A stretch of 64,000 nucleotides of DNA from an uncultured Acidobacteriota bacterium (GCA_963770895.1 CAVYRF010000002.1:3168001-3232000), one strand, 5' to 3'; shown: positions 34,949-45,206, counted from the first letter of the stretch. A program made the numbers and translations. Notes: generated by a model not told the origin, from the sequence alone.

Positions 34949-37900
34949 CTAGTGGAACAGCTTGAGGAAGACCAGGTAGAGGACGAAGCCGTGGTCGGGG
35001 CCGGCGACGGGCACGCCGGCGTTGAGGGTGATGAAGCTCCTCCAGGGTCCCATGATGCTGCCTTCCAGGCCGGTGCCGCCCAGCAGGGTGTTGTGCATGG
35101 CGCTTTCGTTGTCGGTGGCCAGGGCGGCATCGACCAGCACGTCCAGGCGGAAGACGTCGCCAAAATCGAAGCCGTAGCTGAGGTGGCTGAGGTAGGCCTT
35201 GGAGGCGATCACGGCGTTGCTGCGAAAGCCTTCGATGCGGGTGCCGCCGAAGTAGCCGAACTCATACTTGCTGAAGCGGTCCAGGTGGTCGCCCGCGTCG
35301 TAGTCGACTTCCGCGCCGATTTTCTGGAACCACGGCAGGTACCAGTTCTTGCTCAGCGCCAGGCCGTAGCGTGAAAAGTCGCGGTCGGCGGGGCTGTAGT
35401 CGGGGTTGCCGGGTTCTCCCCAGGCGCGCCAGCTGGAGCGGATGCTGTAGCTGTAGTTGCCGGCCAGGGTGTAGCCGAAGCGCGCGTAGTTGGCGTCGAG
35501 CTCGGCCGACTGCGCCACGTTGTCGCTCGGCAGCACGAAATTCTTGGCGGTGTTGCTGTTGCGGCTGTAGGACTGCTCCAGCAGGCCGTACTGGACGCCG
35601 ATGTTGAGAAAGTTGCCGATGGGGTGGCCCAGCTTCAGGTCGAAGTTGGCGGGCAGGATGCGCAGCTCCTGGTTGACGACCTCGCGGCCCTTGTCGTACA
35701 GGTCGTCGGTGAACGGCACGGCGATGGCGAAGGCGTCGCCGCCCAGGTGGAAACGCGTGCCGCCCAGGCGCGGATCGGAGGCGCTGGCGACCAGCAGGAC
35801 GCCGGCAAAGAAGATGTTGGCCTGCTCGCCGGTGTTCTTGAAATCGAAGCTGAAGTAGTTGATGCCGCCGAGCGGCAGCGGATAGCTGAGCGAGTCGTCG
35901 TAGAACAGCCCGGCGACGCCGAACAGCTGGCTGGGCGTCGTCCCTTCCTTGACCTGGCGCGGCTCGCCGGGGTGTTTGCGGATCAGGTAGCGCAGGCCGT
36001 GGTCGGTTTCCCGCACCATCGTCGCGTCCGAGTCGAGCGCCGCCTGGCGCCGGGCGGCGAAGTCCGTGGGATTGAGGCGGACGTCGGTGAGCAGGGTTTC
36101 GCGCTCGACCACCGTGGGAGCGTCGAGGATGGTGAAGATCTGTTCCGCCAGCAGGTGCAGCGGCAGCACGAAGCTGTCGGCGGACCAGGGGGCGGCGTGG
36201 CCCTGGGCGTCGATCGGGGAGTAGACCAGCGTCTCTTCGTTGGAGACCACTTCGCCTTCCAGGCCGAGCTGCACGGCGCGGGTCTTCAGGCGCGCGTAGA
36301 GCGTGCGGTCGATCCACACGGTTCCCTGGTACAGGTGGCCGCCGGCCCCCGCCGGCGCGAAGTCGACCACCCAGGCGTCGCGGCCGTCGAGCTTTTCGAC
36401 GCCGCGCAGGCGATACCGATAATCGTGGGTGAACTGGATGGTCAGCGGCGTCGCCGCCGCCTTTTCGGGCTGGATCAGCGGAATCTGCGGCAGGGTTTTG
36501 GCGCGCCAGCGCACGCCGTTGACGTACAGCGTCTCCCAGGCCCAATCGGCGCCGGCGTCGTGGCTCCAGAAGTACGGCCCGGTCAGCGCCACGTCGACGC
36601 TGGCCGCCCCGGCGCTGGGCTGGAAGCGCAGGTGCGTGGTGTCGGTTGCCGTGTAGGTTTCCAGGCGGCGCCCCTGCGCGTCCTCGAAGACCTGCAGCCG
36701 CTTGAGGATCTCCTCGACGGGCATGTCCCGCTCCGACGCCACGGTGACCTTTTCGGCCACCCCCTGCCGCTCGGCGGCGCTCAGCCGTTCCAGCCCCAGC
36801 ACGACGACGGCGCCGGGCTGGGCGATCCGTACCTCCAGCCCCGCCTGCGGCGCCGGCAGCACCCGGCTGGCCGGCGGGGGCACCGGTCCGGCGGTAAAGG
36901 GAAACCGCGTCGGCCGGCGCAGCGCAGGGTCGCCAAAGCGCAGCACCAGGTCGGCCGCGCCCGCACCGCCCGGCGCCGCTTCGCCCGCTCCGCCTGCCGT
37001 CGATGCGCCGGCGCCGCCGTGGGCTGGCTGGCCGGCGTCGCCTTGCGGCGCCCCCCCGGTACCGCCCGCGGCGGCCGGCGTCTCGGCGATGACCCGCAGC
37101 GCCAGGTCCTTGCCGCGCACGAAGGCCCAGGCCGCCGCGGTGCCTTCAGGGACCGAGCTGGGATCGTAGGACAGGTCGCCGCTGAACTCGCGCGCCAGCA
37201 CGATCAACGGGTTGCAGACGGCGGCGTCGACGCCGCCCTGGTCGGCGCCCGGCGCGCGGAACAAGGTCAGGTCGAAGCCGCCGGCGGCCTGGCGCGCCGC
37301 CTGCGCCAGCGCGCCGCCTGCCGGCGCCGTGGGGTAGGGGAGCAAGCCGATCGCCACCGGCTTGCCCGCGTCGAGGTCGTGCACCCTTTGCAGCGCCGCC
37401 GCCTGCGCGCTGGCGGCCGTGGGCGCCGGCACCGTCCCCGGCGCCGCTCCATGTTGGCCGCCGCCGGCGGTCAGGACGACCAGGTCGACGTAGGGGGCGA
37501 CGTCGGCACCGTAGAAGGCGGTCACCGTCGCCGCGTCGGCAGGCAGCGGCTGGGTCGCCACGTGCGCCCCGGTTTCTGCGCCCGCCAGCGCCACCGTCGC
37601 GCGCTTGATCAGAAAGCCGTATTCCGCGGCGTCGAACGGTGGCTCCGGCCTGGCGCCGCCGGCCGTGGGTTGCGGGCGCCAGGTGATCTGGAACCAGGTG
37701 TGGGCGGGAGCTGCCGCCGCCAGGTCGCCCGCAGCCGCCAGCTCGACCTGCAAGCGCGCCAGGTTGCGCACCAGCGGCGGCGGCGTGGTGAACACCAGGT
37801 TGATCCACGGTGTCGCGCCCACCGCGACCACTGCCTGGGCCGCCGCCGCTGCCGCTGCCACCTGCGGCGCCGGCGCGGCTGCCGCGGCTCCGGTCGCCTG

Positions 37901-38305
37901 TGGCACCGGCTTCGCCGCCGGCACCGGCGCCGCCGTCGAGGTGGCGTCCGCCGCGTCCAGCTCCACGTCCCAGGCAAGAAACAGCGGGCTGGCCGGCGGC
38001 AGGTGCGCCGCCCGCAGATAGGCAAGCAGGTCGAAGGCATGCGCCGCCGGCGGCGCGCCCGCGGCTCCTGGTGCACCCGCGCCCGCGGCTCCGTCGTCAG
38101 TTGGAGCGGGCACGTCGGCAGCCGCCGCGGCTGCCGGAGCACCACCGTTGGCGGGCGCGCCGGGCGGCGCATCCAGATGGAGCCCGGCGCAAGGCTGGCA
38201 GGGCAGTCCTGACGCCGCCGCGGCGCCGGCGCCCGCCAGCGCGGCCGCGGTGCCGCAGACGACCATCACCCAAGGGAGCAGCAGCGGCACAGGGCGATGG
38301 ACCAT
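34949..38305 (-). CDS. Large secreted/outer-membrane hypothetical protein with C-terminal beta-barrel
   Basis: Signal peptide, CQPC motif, central WVVDFAP..YQGTVWID (LolA/MucB-like) segment, aromatic alternating strands ending FLKLFH. Confidence 0.75.
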   Translation of the reverse strand: MVHRPVPLLLPWVMVVCGTAAALAGAGAAAASGLPCQPCAGLHLDAPPGAPANGGAPAAAAAADVPAPTDDGAAGAGAPGAAGAPPAAHAFDLLAYLRAAHLPPASPLFLAWDVELDAADATSTAAPVPAAKPVPQATGAAAAAPAPQVAAAAAAAQAVVAVGATPWINLVFTTPPPLVRNLARLQVELAAAGDLAAAAPAHTWFQITWRPQPTAGGARPEPPFDAAEYGFLIKRATVALAGAETGAHVATQPLPADAATVTAFYGADVAPYVDLVVLTAGGGQHGAAPGTVPAPTAASAQAAALQRVHDLDAGKPVAIGLLPYPTAPAGGALAQAARQAAGGFDLTLFRAPGADQGGVDAAVCNPLIVLAREFSGDLSYDPSSVPEGTAAAWAFVRGKDLALRVIAETPAAAGGTGGAPQGDAGQPAHGGAGASTAGGAGEAAPGGAGAADLVLRFGDPALRRPTRFPFTAGPVPPPASRVLPAPQAGLEVRIAQPGAVVVLGLERLSAAERQGVAEKVTVASERDMPVEEILKRLQVFEDAQGRRLETYTATDTTHLRFQPSAGAASVDVALTGPYFWSHDAGADWAWETLYVNGVRWRAKTLPQIPLIQPEKAAATPLTIQFTHDYRYRLRGVEKLDGRDAWVVDFAPAGAGGHLYQGTVWIDRTLYARLKTRAVQLGLEGEVVSNEETLVYSPIDAQGHAAPWSADSFVLPLHLLAEQIFTILDAPTVVERETLLTDVRLNPTDFAARRQAALDSDATMVRETDHGLRYLIRKHPGEPRQVKEGTTPSQLFGVAGLFYDDSLSYPLPLGGINYFSFDFKNTGEQANIFFAGVLLVASASDPRLGGTRFHLGGDAFAIAVPFTDDLYDKGREVVNQELRILPANFDLKLGHPIGNFLNIGVQYGLLEQSYSRNSNTAKNFVLPSDNVAQSAELDANYARFGYTLAGNYSYSIRSSWRAWGEPGNPDYSPADRDFSRYGLALSKNWYLPWFQKIGAEVDYDAGDHLDRFSKYEFGYFGGTRIEGFRSNAVIASKAYLSHLSYGFDFGDVFRLDVLVDAALATDNESAMHNTLLGGTGLEGSIMGPWRSFITLNAGVPVAGPDHGFVLYLVFLKLFH

Positions 38306-38415
38306 GGCGGCAAGCATAGATGGGCTGGCGCGCCGAGTCACGCAGCCAGCCGAGTCGCGCAGCCAATCGGCGAGCGCGCTGCAATGCACATTGGGAGTAG
38401 AATCGCAGCCACACT

Positions 38416-39543
38416 ATGGAGTTCTCTGGCCGGCTCAATTCGTTCCCGCCGAGCGACCTCCTGCAGTGGGCACTCAACGACCGCCGTTCGGGAGCGTTGG
38501 TGCTGCGCCGCAGCGAGCGGGAAAAACGCGTGTACTTTCACGGCGGGGAGGTCATCGCCTGCCTGTCGAACGACCCGGCCGAATTCTATGGGCAGCACCT
38601 GCTGCTCAACGGGCACCTGCAGCAGGACCAGCTGTTTACGGCGCTGACCTATTGCACCACCCAGGGGGTGCGGCTGGGCACGGCCCTGCTGGAGCTCGGC
38701 CTGATGAGCCCCGAGCGGGTGCAGCAGACCCTGCGCGCGCAGATCGAAGATTCGATCTGCGACCTGTTCCTGTGGGAGCGCGGCGTCTTCTACTTCCGCG
38801 CCGAAATGCCGCAGGAAGAGGAGATCCTGCCCGAACCCATCCACGCCATGGGCCTGATCATGGAAGGGACGCGCTGGCTCGACGAGTACCGGCGCATCCG
38901 CAAGCTGTTCGTCCACGACAACATGGTGGTGCGCCGCGGCGCCGGCTGGCCGGGTGAGGGGCTGACGCCGGTCGAGCGGCGCGTCGCCTCCGAGCTGGAC
39001 GGCAAGCGCACTCTGGCGGAGCTGTACAAGGCCGTCCGCGGCTCCTACTTCCGCTTTCTGGAAGCGGCGTACAGGCTGGCGATCGCGACGGTGCTCGACA
39101 TCGATTCGGTGGGCGAGCCGATCGATCACAGCACCAGCGAGATGAGCGTCTACGACCTGCTGCTGGAGCAGGCGACCGAGGAGCAGATCCTGGTCGCCCA
39201 GCGCCACATGGCGGTGCCGCTCGACCTGCTGGAGCGCTGGGTGCCGGTCTGGGTGGGGGAGCCGGGAGCCGAAGAGCAGACCCGCATGCCGGCGCGCGCG
39301 CGCGACTTCTACGCCCGGCTCGACGGCAGGACCACGCTGGGCGACGCCTTTTCCGGTGATGCGCGGCTGCGCGGACGCGAAATGGACCTGTTGCTGCTGC
39401 AGCTGCAGAAGGGGCGCCTGGCTCTGCTGCCGGGGTCGGTGGAGGCGCTGGAGGCCGAGGCCGACCGCCGCGGCTCGCCGCCGCTCGACCGCTGGTGGCA
39501 GCGGGTCTTCGCCCCCCGGCCCAAGGGCCCGCCGGCGCGCTGA
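38416..39543 (+). CDS. DUF4388 (PATAN-like) domain protein
   Basis: FSGRLNSFPPSDLLQW..RRSGAL, RLGTALLELG, LFLWERGVFYF. Confidence 0.87.
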   Translation: MEFSGRLNSFPPSDLLQWALNDRRSGALVLRRSEREKRVYFHGGEVIACLSNDPAEFYGQHLLLNGHLQQDQLFTALTYCTTQGVRLGTALLELGLMSPERVQQTLRAQIEDSICDLFLWERGVFYFRAEMPQEEEILPEPIHAMGLIMEGTRWLDEYRRIRKLFVHDNMVVRRGAGWPGEGLTPVERRVASELDGKRTLAELYKAVRGSYFRFLEAAYRLAIATVLDIDSVGEPIDHSTSEMSVYDLLLEQATEEQILVAQRHMAVPLDLLERWVPVWVGEPGAEEQTRMPARARDFYARLDGRTTLGDAFSGDARLRGREMDLLLLQLQKGRLALLPGSVEALEAEADRRGSPPLDRWWQRVFAPRPKGPPAR

Positions 39544-39556
39544 GCGCCGCGGCGCT

Positions 39557-41365
39557 TCAGGCCGTGGCGTCGGCGTTGCGCTCGCCGGAAATGATGCGCC
39601 AGCCGATCACCTTCTCGTCGATCTCGCGCAGCCGGTTGGCCACCAGGCGGCACAGCAGCTGCATGAATTCGAGCGCCGCGTGGGGGTCCATGGCCAGGAT
39701 CTCGCGCACCATCGCCTGGTCGAGCGTCAGCACGGTGAGCGGTCCGGCGTAGGCGCGCGCGTCGGCGGAGCGCGGCTCGCCGTCGATCAGCGCCATCTCG
39801 CCGAAGAAGTCGCCGCGTTCCAGGATGGCAAGCGCTTCTTCGCCGGCGCCGGGGATGAACTTGCTGATCATCGCCTTGCCTTCCAGGATGATGTACATCT
39901 CGTTGCCCTCGTCGCCTTCCTGGAAGAGCGACGCGCCGGCGGCAAAGCGCTCCTCGCGCGAGAAGGTGGCCAGGGTGATCAGCTCGCTGCGCGACAGCCC
40001 CTGCTCGCGGAAGAGCCGGATCTTGTCGGTCGATTCCACCTTGATCGCCGCCGGCGGCGGCACCGCCGGGTGTTTGCGCAGGCGCAGGAAGTTTTCGGGC
40101 ATCGATTCAGAGGCAAAGAACCCCTTCAGCTGGTCGTTGGTGGCGCGCAGCTTTTGCGCCAGGCTGTGCCAGAAGCTCCAGTACAGCTTGACCCCCAGCT
40201 CGGGAGCGTCCTCGATCAGCGCGTCCAGCGCCGCCGCCTCGCAGCGGAAGACCTGGCAGGCCGCAAGCGCGCTGGCGTCGGAGCTGCGGTCGAGGCCGGT
40301 GAAGAAGCTCACTTCCCCGAACAGGCTCCCCGGCTCCAGCTTGCCGAGCGTGAAGGTGCCGTAGGCGGTGGGGCGCTGGATGAGGATTTCGCCGCGCTCC
40401 AGCAAGTAGAGATCGCGCCCTTCGCTCTGGTGGGCGAACACCAGGGCGCCGGTTTCGTGGATCTCTTCCTTGACCACCGAGGTGAGGCGGAAGATCTGCT
40501 CGTCGCTCAGGTGCGACCACAGCTTCATCCGGCGCAGGCGCGCCGCCAGGTGGAGCTTGCCGCCATCGGAAACCTCGGGAGGCGGCGTGGTGGTGGCGAA
40601 GGTGGCGCCGGGGGAGAAGCCGCCCTGCTCCAGGAAACGCTCGCGGTGCCACTCCAGGCGATCGAAGGCGGTGCGGATCTCCTCCTGCCGGTCGTGGAAC
40701 AGCTGCGCCAGCTCGCGGCCGCCCAGGCCCAGGATCTGCTTGAGCGTCTGGATGCGGCGCCGCAGCCGCCGCCCGCCCTCCTCATCCCCCACGTCGAGCA
40801 GCAGAAAGGCGTGGATGGTCGCCGCCAGCGCCGCCTCGAAGCGTTTGCGCTCGTATTCGGCGCGGCTCAGCGCTTCCGCGACGTGGCGGTTGAAGGGGTT
40901 GAGACGCAGCGCCTTGCCGAGCTCTTCGGCGGCGCCTTCGAAGTCCTTGCGCCGCAGCAGCAGGCGGCCGTGCAGCTGCGAATGGGCGGGGTTGGCCAGG
41001 TCCTTGGCCTTGGCCACTTCAAGGCATTCGATGGCGCGCGCGCTGTCGCCCCGCTCGGCGTAGAGGTAGGCCAGGCCGAGGAAGTGGGCGGCGTCGATGG
41101 CGTTGCGGCGAAAGCCTTCGCGCAGGACGTCGCGCAGGCTGCGCCCGCGGCCGTCGCCGCCGCCTTCGCTCTGCTGCAGCTTGCGCACTTCCGCCAGCGC
41201 CAGCTTGACCTTCAGGTTTGCGGGATCCAGCCGCAGGGCCAGCAGCAGCAGCTCGGCCGCCTCGTCGTGCCGGGACGCGGCGCTGACGCGGCGCGCCAGG
41301 TCGGCGATCTCCTCGACCTCGACGCCAAGGGCCGGGGATGGGGATTGGTTCTGCGGTTCGCTCAT
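39557..41365 (-). CDS. TPR + tandem cyclic-nucleotide-binding domain protein
   Basis: TPR helices; FGEVSF...RSSDA and FFGEMALIDGEPRSADA phosphate-binding cassettes. Confidence 0.88.
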   Translation of the reverse strand: MSEPQNQSPSPALGVEVEEIADLARRVSAASRHDEAAELLLLALRLDPANLKVKLALAEVRKLQQSEGGGDGRGRSLRDVLREGFRRNAIDAAHFLGLAYLYAERGDSARAIECLEVAKAKDLANPAHSQLHGRLLLRRKDFEGAAEELGKALRLNPFNRHVAEALSRAEYERKRFEAALAATIHAFLLLDVGDEEGGRRLRRRIQTLKQILGLGGRELAQLFHDRQEEIRTAFDRLEWHRERFLEQGGFSPGATFATTTPPPEVSDGGKLHLAARLRRMKLWSHLSDEQIFRLTSVVKEEIHETGALVFAHQSEGRDLYLLERGEILIQRPTAYGTFTLGKLEPGSLFGEVSFFTGLDRSSDASALAACQVFRCEAAALDALIEDAPELGVKLYWSFWHSLAQKLRATNDQLKGFFASESMPENFLRLRKHPAVPPPAAIKVESTDKIRLFREQGLSRSELITLATFSREERFAAGASLFQEGDEGNEMYIILEGKAMISKFIPGAGEEALAILERGDFFGEMALIDGEPRSADARAYAGPLTVLTLDQAMVREILAMDPHAALEFMQLLCRLVANRLREIDEKVIGWRIISGERNADATA

Positions 41366-41454
41366 GCCGGAAGGTGGTGCGCGGCCATCTCCACAATCCA
41401 AGCTATCGCCGCCACCGCGCGAGATAGACCTGGGGCAGTGTAGCATGGCGGGTC

Positions 41455-41982
41455 ATGGCGCCCCCGCCCCCACTCCCGCCATCACCGCGCTCCGCGGCTG
41501 CCGAGCTCACCGCTGAAATGCGCGATGCCATCGACCGCTGCCGCCGCGGCAGCTGGAAGGACGGCCTGCCGCTGCTCGCCCGCCTGGCGGAAGAAGGCGA
41601 CCGCAAGGAGGGCCGGCCGCTGCCGGCGCTGGTCTATTCCTATCTGGGCTACGGCATCGCGCTACGCCAGCAGCGCGTCCAGGAAGGGCTGAAGCTCTGC
41701 CAGCACGCCATCAAGGTGGAGTTCTACCAGGCCGAAAACTATCTCAACCTGGCGCGCACCCTGATGCTTGCCGGCCAGCGGCGCCCGGCCGTGCGCGCCG
41801 TCACCGACGGCCTGAAGGTCGAGCCCGACCATGCCGGGCTGCTCGACCTGCAGCACGAGATCGGCGTGCGGCGAAGGCCGGTGCTGCCTTTTCTGAATCG
41901 GAGGAACCCGCTGAACCTGCTGCTGGGCAAGCTCCGCCACATCCTCCGCCCGGCGCCCGCGGGAAGCGTTCAGAAGGACTGA
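41455..41982 (+). CDS. TPR protein
   Basis: YSYLGYGIA...AENYLNLAR...GLKVEPDH; C-terminal LPFLNRRNPLN. Confidence 0.8.
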   Translation: MAPPPPLPPSPRSAAAELTAEMRDAIDRCRRGSWKDGLPLLARLAEEGDRKEGRPLPALVYSYLGYGIALRQQRVQEGLKLCQHAIKVEFYQAENYLNLARTLMLAGQRRPAVRAVTDGLKVEPDHAGLLDLQHEIGVRRRPVLPFLNRRNPLNLLLGKLRHILRPAPAGSVQKD

Positions 41983-42014
41983 ACCGGGGCGGGGCGGGGA
42001 TGGGCGGTTGAGCG

Positions 42015-42452
42015 CTACCGCGAGGTCGCGACCGGAGTGGGCCTGAGGTCGTCGAAGACGATGCCCAGGTTTTGCGCTCCGGCGTCGCGGCACATATCCA
42101 TGAACGTCGCCACCTTCTCGTAGGTCAGCTCGCCATCGGCGGCGAAAAAGATCACCTTGTTCTGGCGCCCGGTCAGCGCGGTGCGCAGGCGGCCGGGAAA
42201 GTCGGCGGTTTCGACCGGGGTCTTGTTGATGAATGCGTGGCCCTGATCGTCAAGCCGCACGATGATCTGATCGGCGTCGGGCTGCGGCGTCGCGGTGGTG
42301 ACCTTGGGCGGCACCTGCACCGGATAACCCATCTGCAGCAGCGGCACCGCCACCATGAAGATGATGAGCAGCACCAGCACCACGTCCACCAGCGGCGTGA
42401 TGTTGATGTCGCTGCGAATTCCGCCGGCTCCGCCTTGTACGTCCATTGCCAT
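42015..42452 (-). CDS. exbD: ExbD/TolR family protein
   Basis: INITPLVDVVLVLLIIFMV. Confidence 0.93.
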   Translation of the reverse strand: MAMDVQGGAGGIRSDINITPLVDVVLVLLIIFMVAVPLLQMGYPVQVPPKVTTATPQPDADQIIVRLDDQGHAFINKTPVETADFPGRLRTALTGRQNKVIFFAADGELTYEKVATFMDMCRDAGAQNLGIVFDDLRPTPVATSR

Positions 42453-42475
42453 GGGGCACGACTCCTTTTCTGCGC

Positions 42476-42910
42476 TTATCCGGCGGCGCCCGACTTGAGC
42501 TTCTCGGTCACCAGGCCGACGCGGCTGAACCCCGCCTCGTTGATCAGCTTCATGACGTCACGCACCTTTTTGTACTTGAGGCGGCGGTCGGCCTTGAGCA
42601 CCACCGACTTGTCCGGAAACTGGTCGTGGGTGTTCTTGAGCTGTCCCGCCACCTGGTCGTCCGGCACCCAGTTCTGACTGACGAAGACGCTGCCGTCCTG
42701 CTTGACCGAGATGGTCAGCTGCTTGCTGTTCTCGGGCATCTTGTCGGGCTCGTGCGTTTCCGGCAGGGCGACGTCGATGCCCTTTTGCAGCATCGGCGTG
42801 ACCACCATGAAAATGATCAGCAGCACCAGGCACACGTCCACCAGAGGCGTCACGTTGATCTGACTCCGCACCTCCTGGACGAGCTGCGGTTTAGCGCGCC
42901 GCGGCAGCAT
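42476..42910 (-). CDS. exbD: ExbD/TolR family protein
   Basis: INVTPLVDVCLVLLIIFMV, LKAD. Confidence 0.93.
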   Translation of the reverse strand: MLPRRAKPQLVQEVRSQINVTPLVDVCLVLLIIFMVVTPMLQKGIDVALPETHEPDKMPENSKQLTISVKQDGSVFVSQNWVPDDQVAGQLKNTHDQFPDKSVVLKADRRLKYKKVRDVMKLINEAGFSRVGLVTEKLKSGAAG

Positions 42911-43583
42911 TCCGGCTCCTCTGCTTCATGAAGAAGTCGACCAGCTCGGAGGAGGAGTTGGACATTTCCACCTGCAGCCGCTCCAGCTGGTTGGTGAAGT
43001 AGTTGAACACCCAGGCGGCCGGAATGGCGACGGCCAGGCCGATGGCGGTGGAAACCAACGCTTCGGCGATACCGGCGGACACCGCGCCGATGCCGCCCGA
43101 GCCGGTCAGCGCCATGCCGGTGAACGCCTTGATGATGCCGACGACGGTGCCGAACAGACCGATGAAGGGGGTCAGCGTGGCGATCGTCGCCAGGCCGCCG
43201 ATGCCGCGCTTGAAGTCCGAGGTGGTGAGCAGCGCGGCACGCTCGACGGCGCGGCCGGCGGCTTCGACGATCTCGACCTGCGACAGCGGGCTGGTGGCGC
43301 TTTCGTACTGGAAGGACTGCAATCCGGCGGCGACGACGCGGGCCAGGTGGCTCTGCGGGAACTTCATCGCCGCGTCGATGGCGGCCTGCGGCCGGTCGTG
43401 CTTGAGGTGATCGGTGGCCAGTCTGGCGAACTCAAGCGACTGCTTGCGCGCCTTGCGGAACAGCAGCCAGCGCTCGACGGACACGTACAGCGTCCAGATG
43501 GAGAGTATCGCCAGGATGACGACCACCCCTTTGTTGATGATGCTCATTTCCTGCCACACAACCGCTGGACTTAGGCCGCCCAT
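42891..43583 (-). CDS. exbB: MotA/TolQ/ExbB proton channel
   Basis: PFIGLFGTVVGI, GIAEALVSTAIGLAVAIPA. Confidence 0.94.
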   Translation of the reverse strand: MGGLSPAVVWQEMSIINKGVVVILAILSIWTLYVSVERWLLFRKARKQSLEFARLATDHLKHDRPQAAIDAAMKFPQSHLARVVAAGLQSFQYESATSPLSQVEIVEAAGRAVERAALLTTSDFKRGIGGLATIATLTPFIGLFGTVVGIIKAFTGMALTGSGGIGAVSAGIAEALVSTAIGLAVAIPAAWVFNYFTNQLERLQVEMSNSSSELVDFFMKQRSRNAAAAR

Positions 43584-43627
43584 TCGCTTCTCCTTGTCAT
43601 AGCGTTGAGATCAAAGGGAACCAGGCT

Positions 43628-44365
43628 TCACTGCACCTGAAAGTTGACGGTGAGCGTGTAGTAGACCTTGACCGGCTTGCCCTGCAGCGTCGCCGGCTTG
43701 AACCGCCACTTCTGGACGGCATCCAGGGCCGCGCGGTCGAGGCCCAGCGGCATCCCCTTGAGGATGTGCGCGCCGGTGACGTTACCCTGCGCGTCGATGA
43801 TCGCCTCGATGATGACGACGCCCTGGACGCGCGCCTTGCGCGCCGGCTCGGTGTAGATCGGCGGCGGCGACGAGATCTTTTCCGGCTTGGTGACGGCGCC
43901 GCCGACGCGCAGCGGAGCGTCGTCCACCGCGCCGCCGACGACACCGCCTTCGGTGCCGCCCGGCACGCCGCCGGCAACGCCGCCCGGCACGCCGCCGGGA
44001 ACGCCGCCTTCGACGCCGCCGCTATCGGGGGGCGCTTCGTCCTTGATCGGTTCGGGGAGCTTGTCCGGTACCACGACAGGCTGCACCGGCTCGGTCGGCT
44101 TGAACACCGGCACCTGCTTGACCACCGGCTTGGGCGCCGCGGGAGGAGGAGGCGGCGGTGGAGGTGGCGGTGGTGGTGGCGGCGCGGCGTTCATGAATAC
44201 CACGTTGATCGGCGGCTCTTCGACCGCCGGCACCTGCCAGTACTGCGCGAAGAGCATGCCGCCCAGCGCCGCCAGCTGCAGGATGAGCGCCGAGGTGAGG
44301 ATCCACCAACGGACGCCTCGGCTGTTCCTTTTCTTGTCCAGCGCGACCAGGGAATTCTCAAACAT
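43628..44365 (-). CDS. tonB: TonB energy transducer
   Basis: TM anchor, poly-Pro, GGVPGGV repeats, YTEPARKARVQG, WRFKPA. Confidence 0.92.
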   Translation of the reverse strand: MFENSLVALDKKRNSRGVRWWILTSALILQLAALGGMLFAQYWQVPAVEEPPINVVFMNAAPPPPPPPPPPPPPPAAPKPVVKQVPVFKPTEPVQPVVVPDKLPEPIKDEAPPDSGGVEGGVPGGVPGGVAGGVPGGTEGGVVGGAVDDAPLRVGGAVTKPEKISSPPPIYTEPARKARVQGVVIIEAIIDAQGNVTGAHILKGMPLGLDRAALDAVQKWRFKPATLQGKPVKVYYTLTVNFQVQ

Positions 44366-44375
44366 CGGCGGTCCC

Positions 44376-45206
44376 CTATTTGGCCTGGCCGGCGGCGGGC
44401 GCGGCTGCCTGCGCCTTTTTCCGCAGATCCAGGCCCTTCTTCAGCCAGGTCTCGGCATCGTTCACGTCGTTGGTGCGCGCGACGTCGGTGGTTTCGAGCT
44501 TCGCTTTTTCGCGCAACATCAGGCCGAGGTAGAACATCGCGTCGAAGTAGTCAGGCTTCAGCTCGACCGCCTTGCGCAGCGATCCCAGGCCCATTTCGAC
44601 CTTTGCCTGCTTGGTCGCAAAGTCGATGCTGTTGTTGTTGTAGACCTTGCCCCAAGCCGCGACCCCGATTGAATAGAGGGAGATCGGCTGTTCGGGACCA
44701 GGGGTTTCCAGCGCCAGCTTTTCGGCGTCTTCGAGGCGTCCCGCCTGGATCAGCACGTTGATCCGATATTTGTTCCACTTCGGATCGTTGGCTTCTTCGG
44801 GGTGCTGCTTTTGCAGGGTATCCACGAACGAAAGCGCCTGGGGATACTGCTTGGAATTGACCAGGATGGACATCAGGTAGTCCTGGACCTTGGCGTCGTC
44901 GGGATTGTCCTTCAGGTAGTTCTCGAATGCAGTGGAAGCGGTGTGCGCGTAATCGAGGTTCTTGGGCGTGTCGTCGCCGGGACGGTAGAGCGCCAGCGCG
45001 GTCAAGCCCACCGAGCGCCATTCGAACGTCGCCGACGGGTCCAGCTGCAGCCCTTTTTGGAACTCTTTGAGCGCTTCGCTGTATTGCTCCTGCTGGTACA
45101 GCGAATTGCCCTTCTTCATTTCGACTCGCGCTTCCAGCTTCTGGCAGCCGGACAGCAACGGCAGTACCAGGAGAGCCGGTGCGGCGAGGGCCAAGGTTCT
45201 ACGCAT
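44376..45206 (-). CDS. TPR lipoprotein
   Basis: Lipobox LLSGC; several TPRs. Confidence 0.87.
   Translation of the reverse strand: MRRTLALAAPALLVLPLLSGCQKLEARVEMKKGNSLYQQEQYSEALKEFQKGLQLDPSATFEWRSVGLTALALYRPGDDTPKNLDYAHTASTAFENYLKDNPDDAKVQDYLMSILVNSKQYPQALSFVDTLQKQHPEEANDPKWNKYRINVLIQAGRLEDAEKLALETPGPEQPISLYSIGVAAWGKVYNNNSIDFATKQAKVEMGLGSLRKAVELKPDYFDAMFYLGLMLREKAKLETTDVARTNDVNDAETWLKKGLDLRKKAQAAAPAAGQAK

Noticed and set aside
43940-44185. 12-bp repeats and poly-Pro codons as a CRISPR or repeat element
   Set aside because: They encode the normal GGVP and Pro-rich linker of TonB; no spacers
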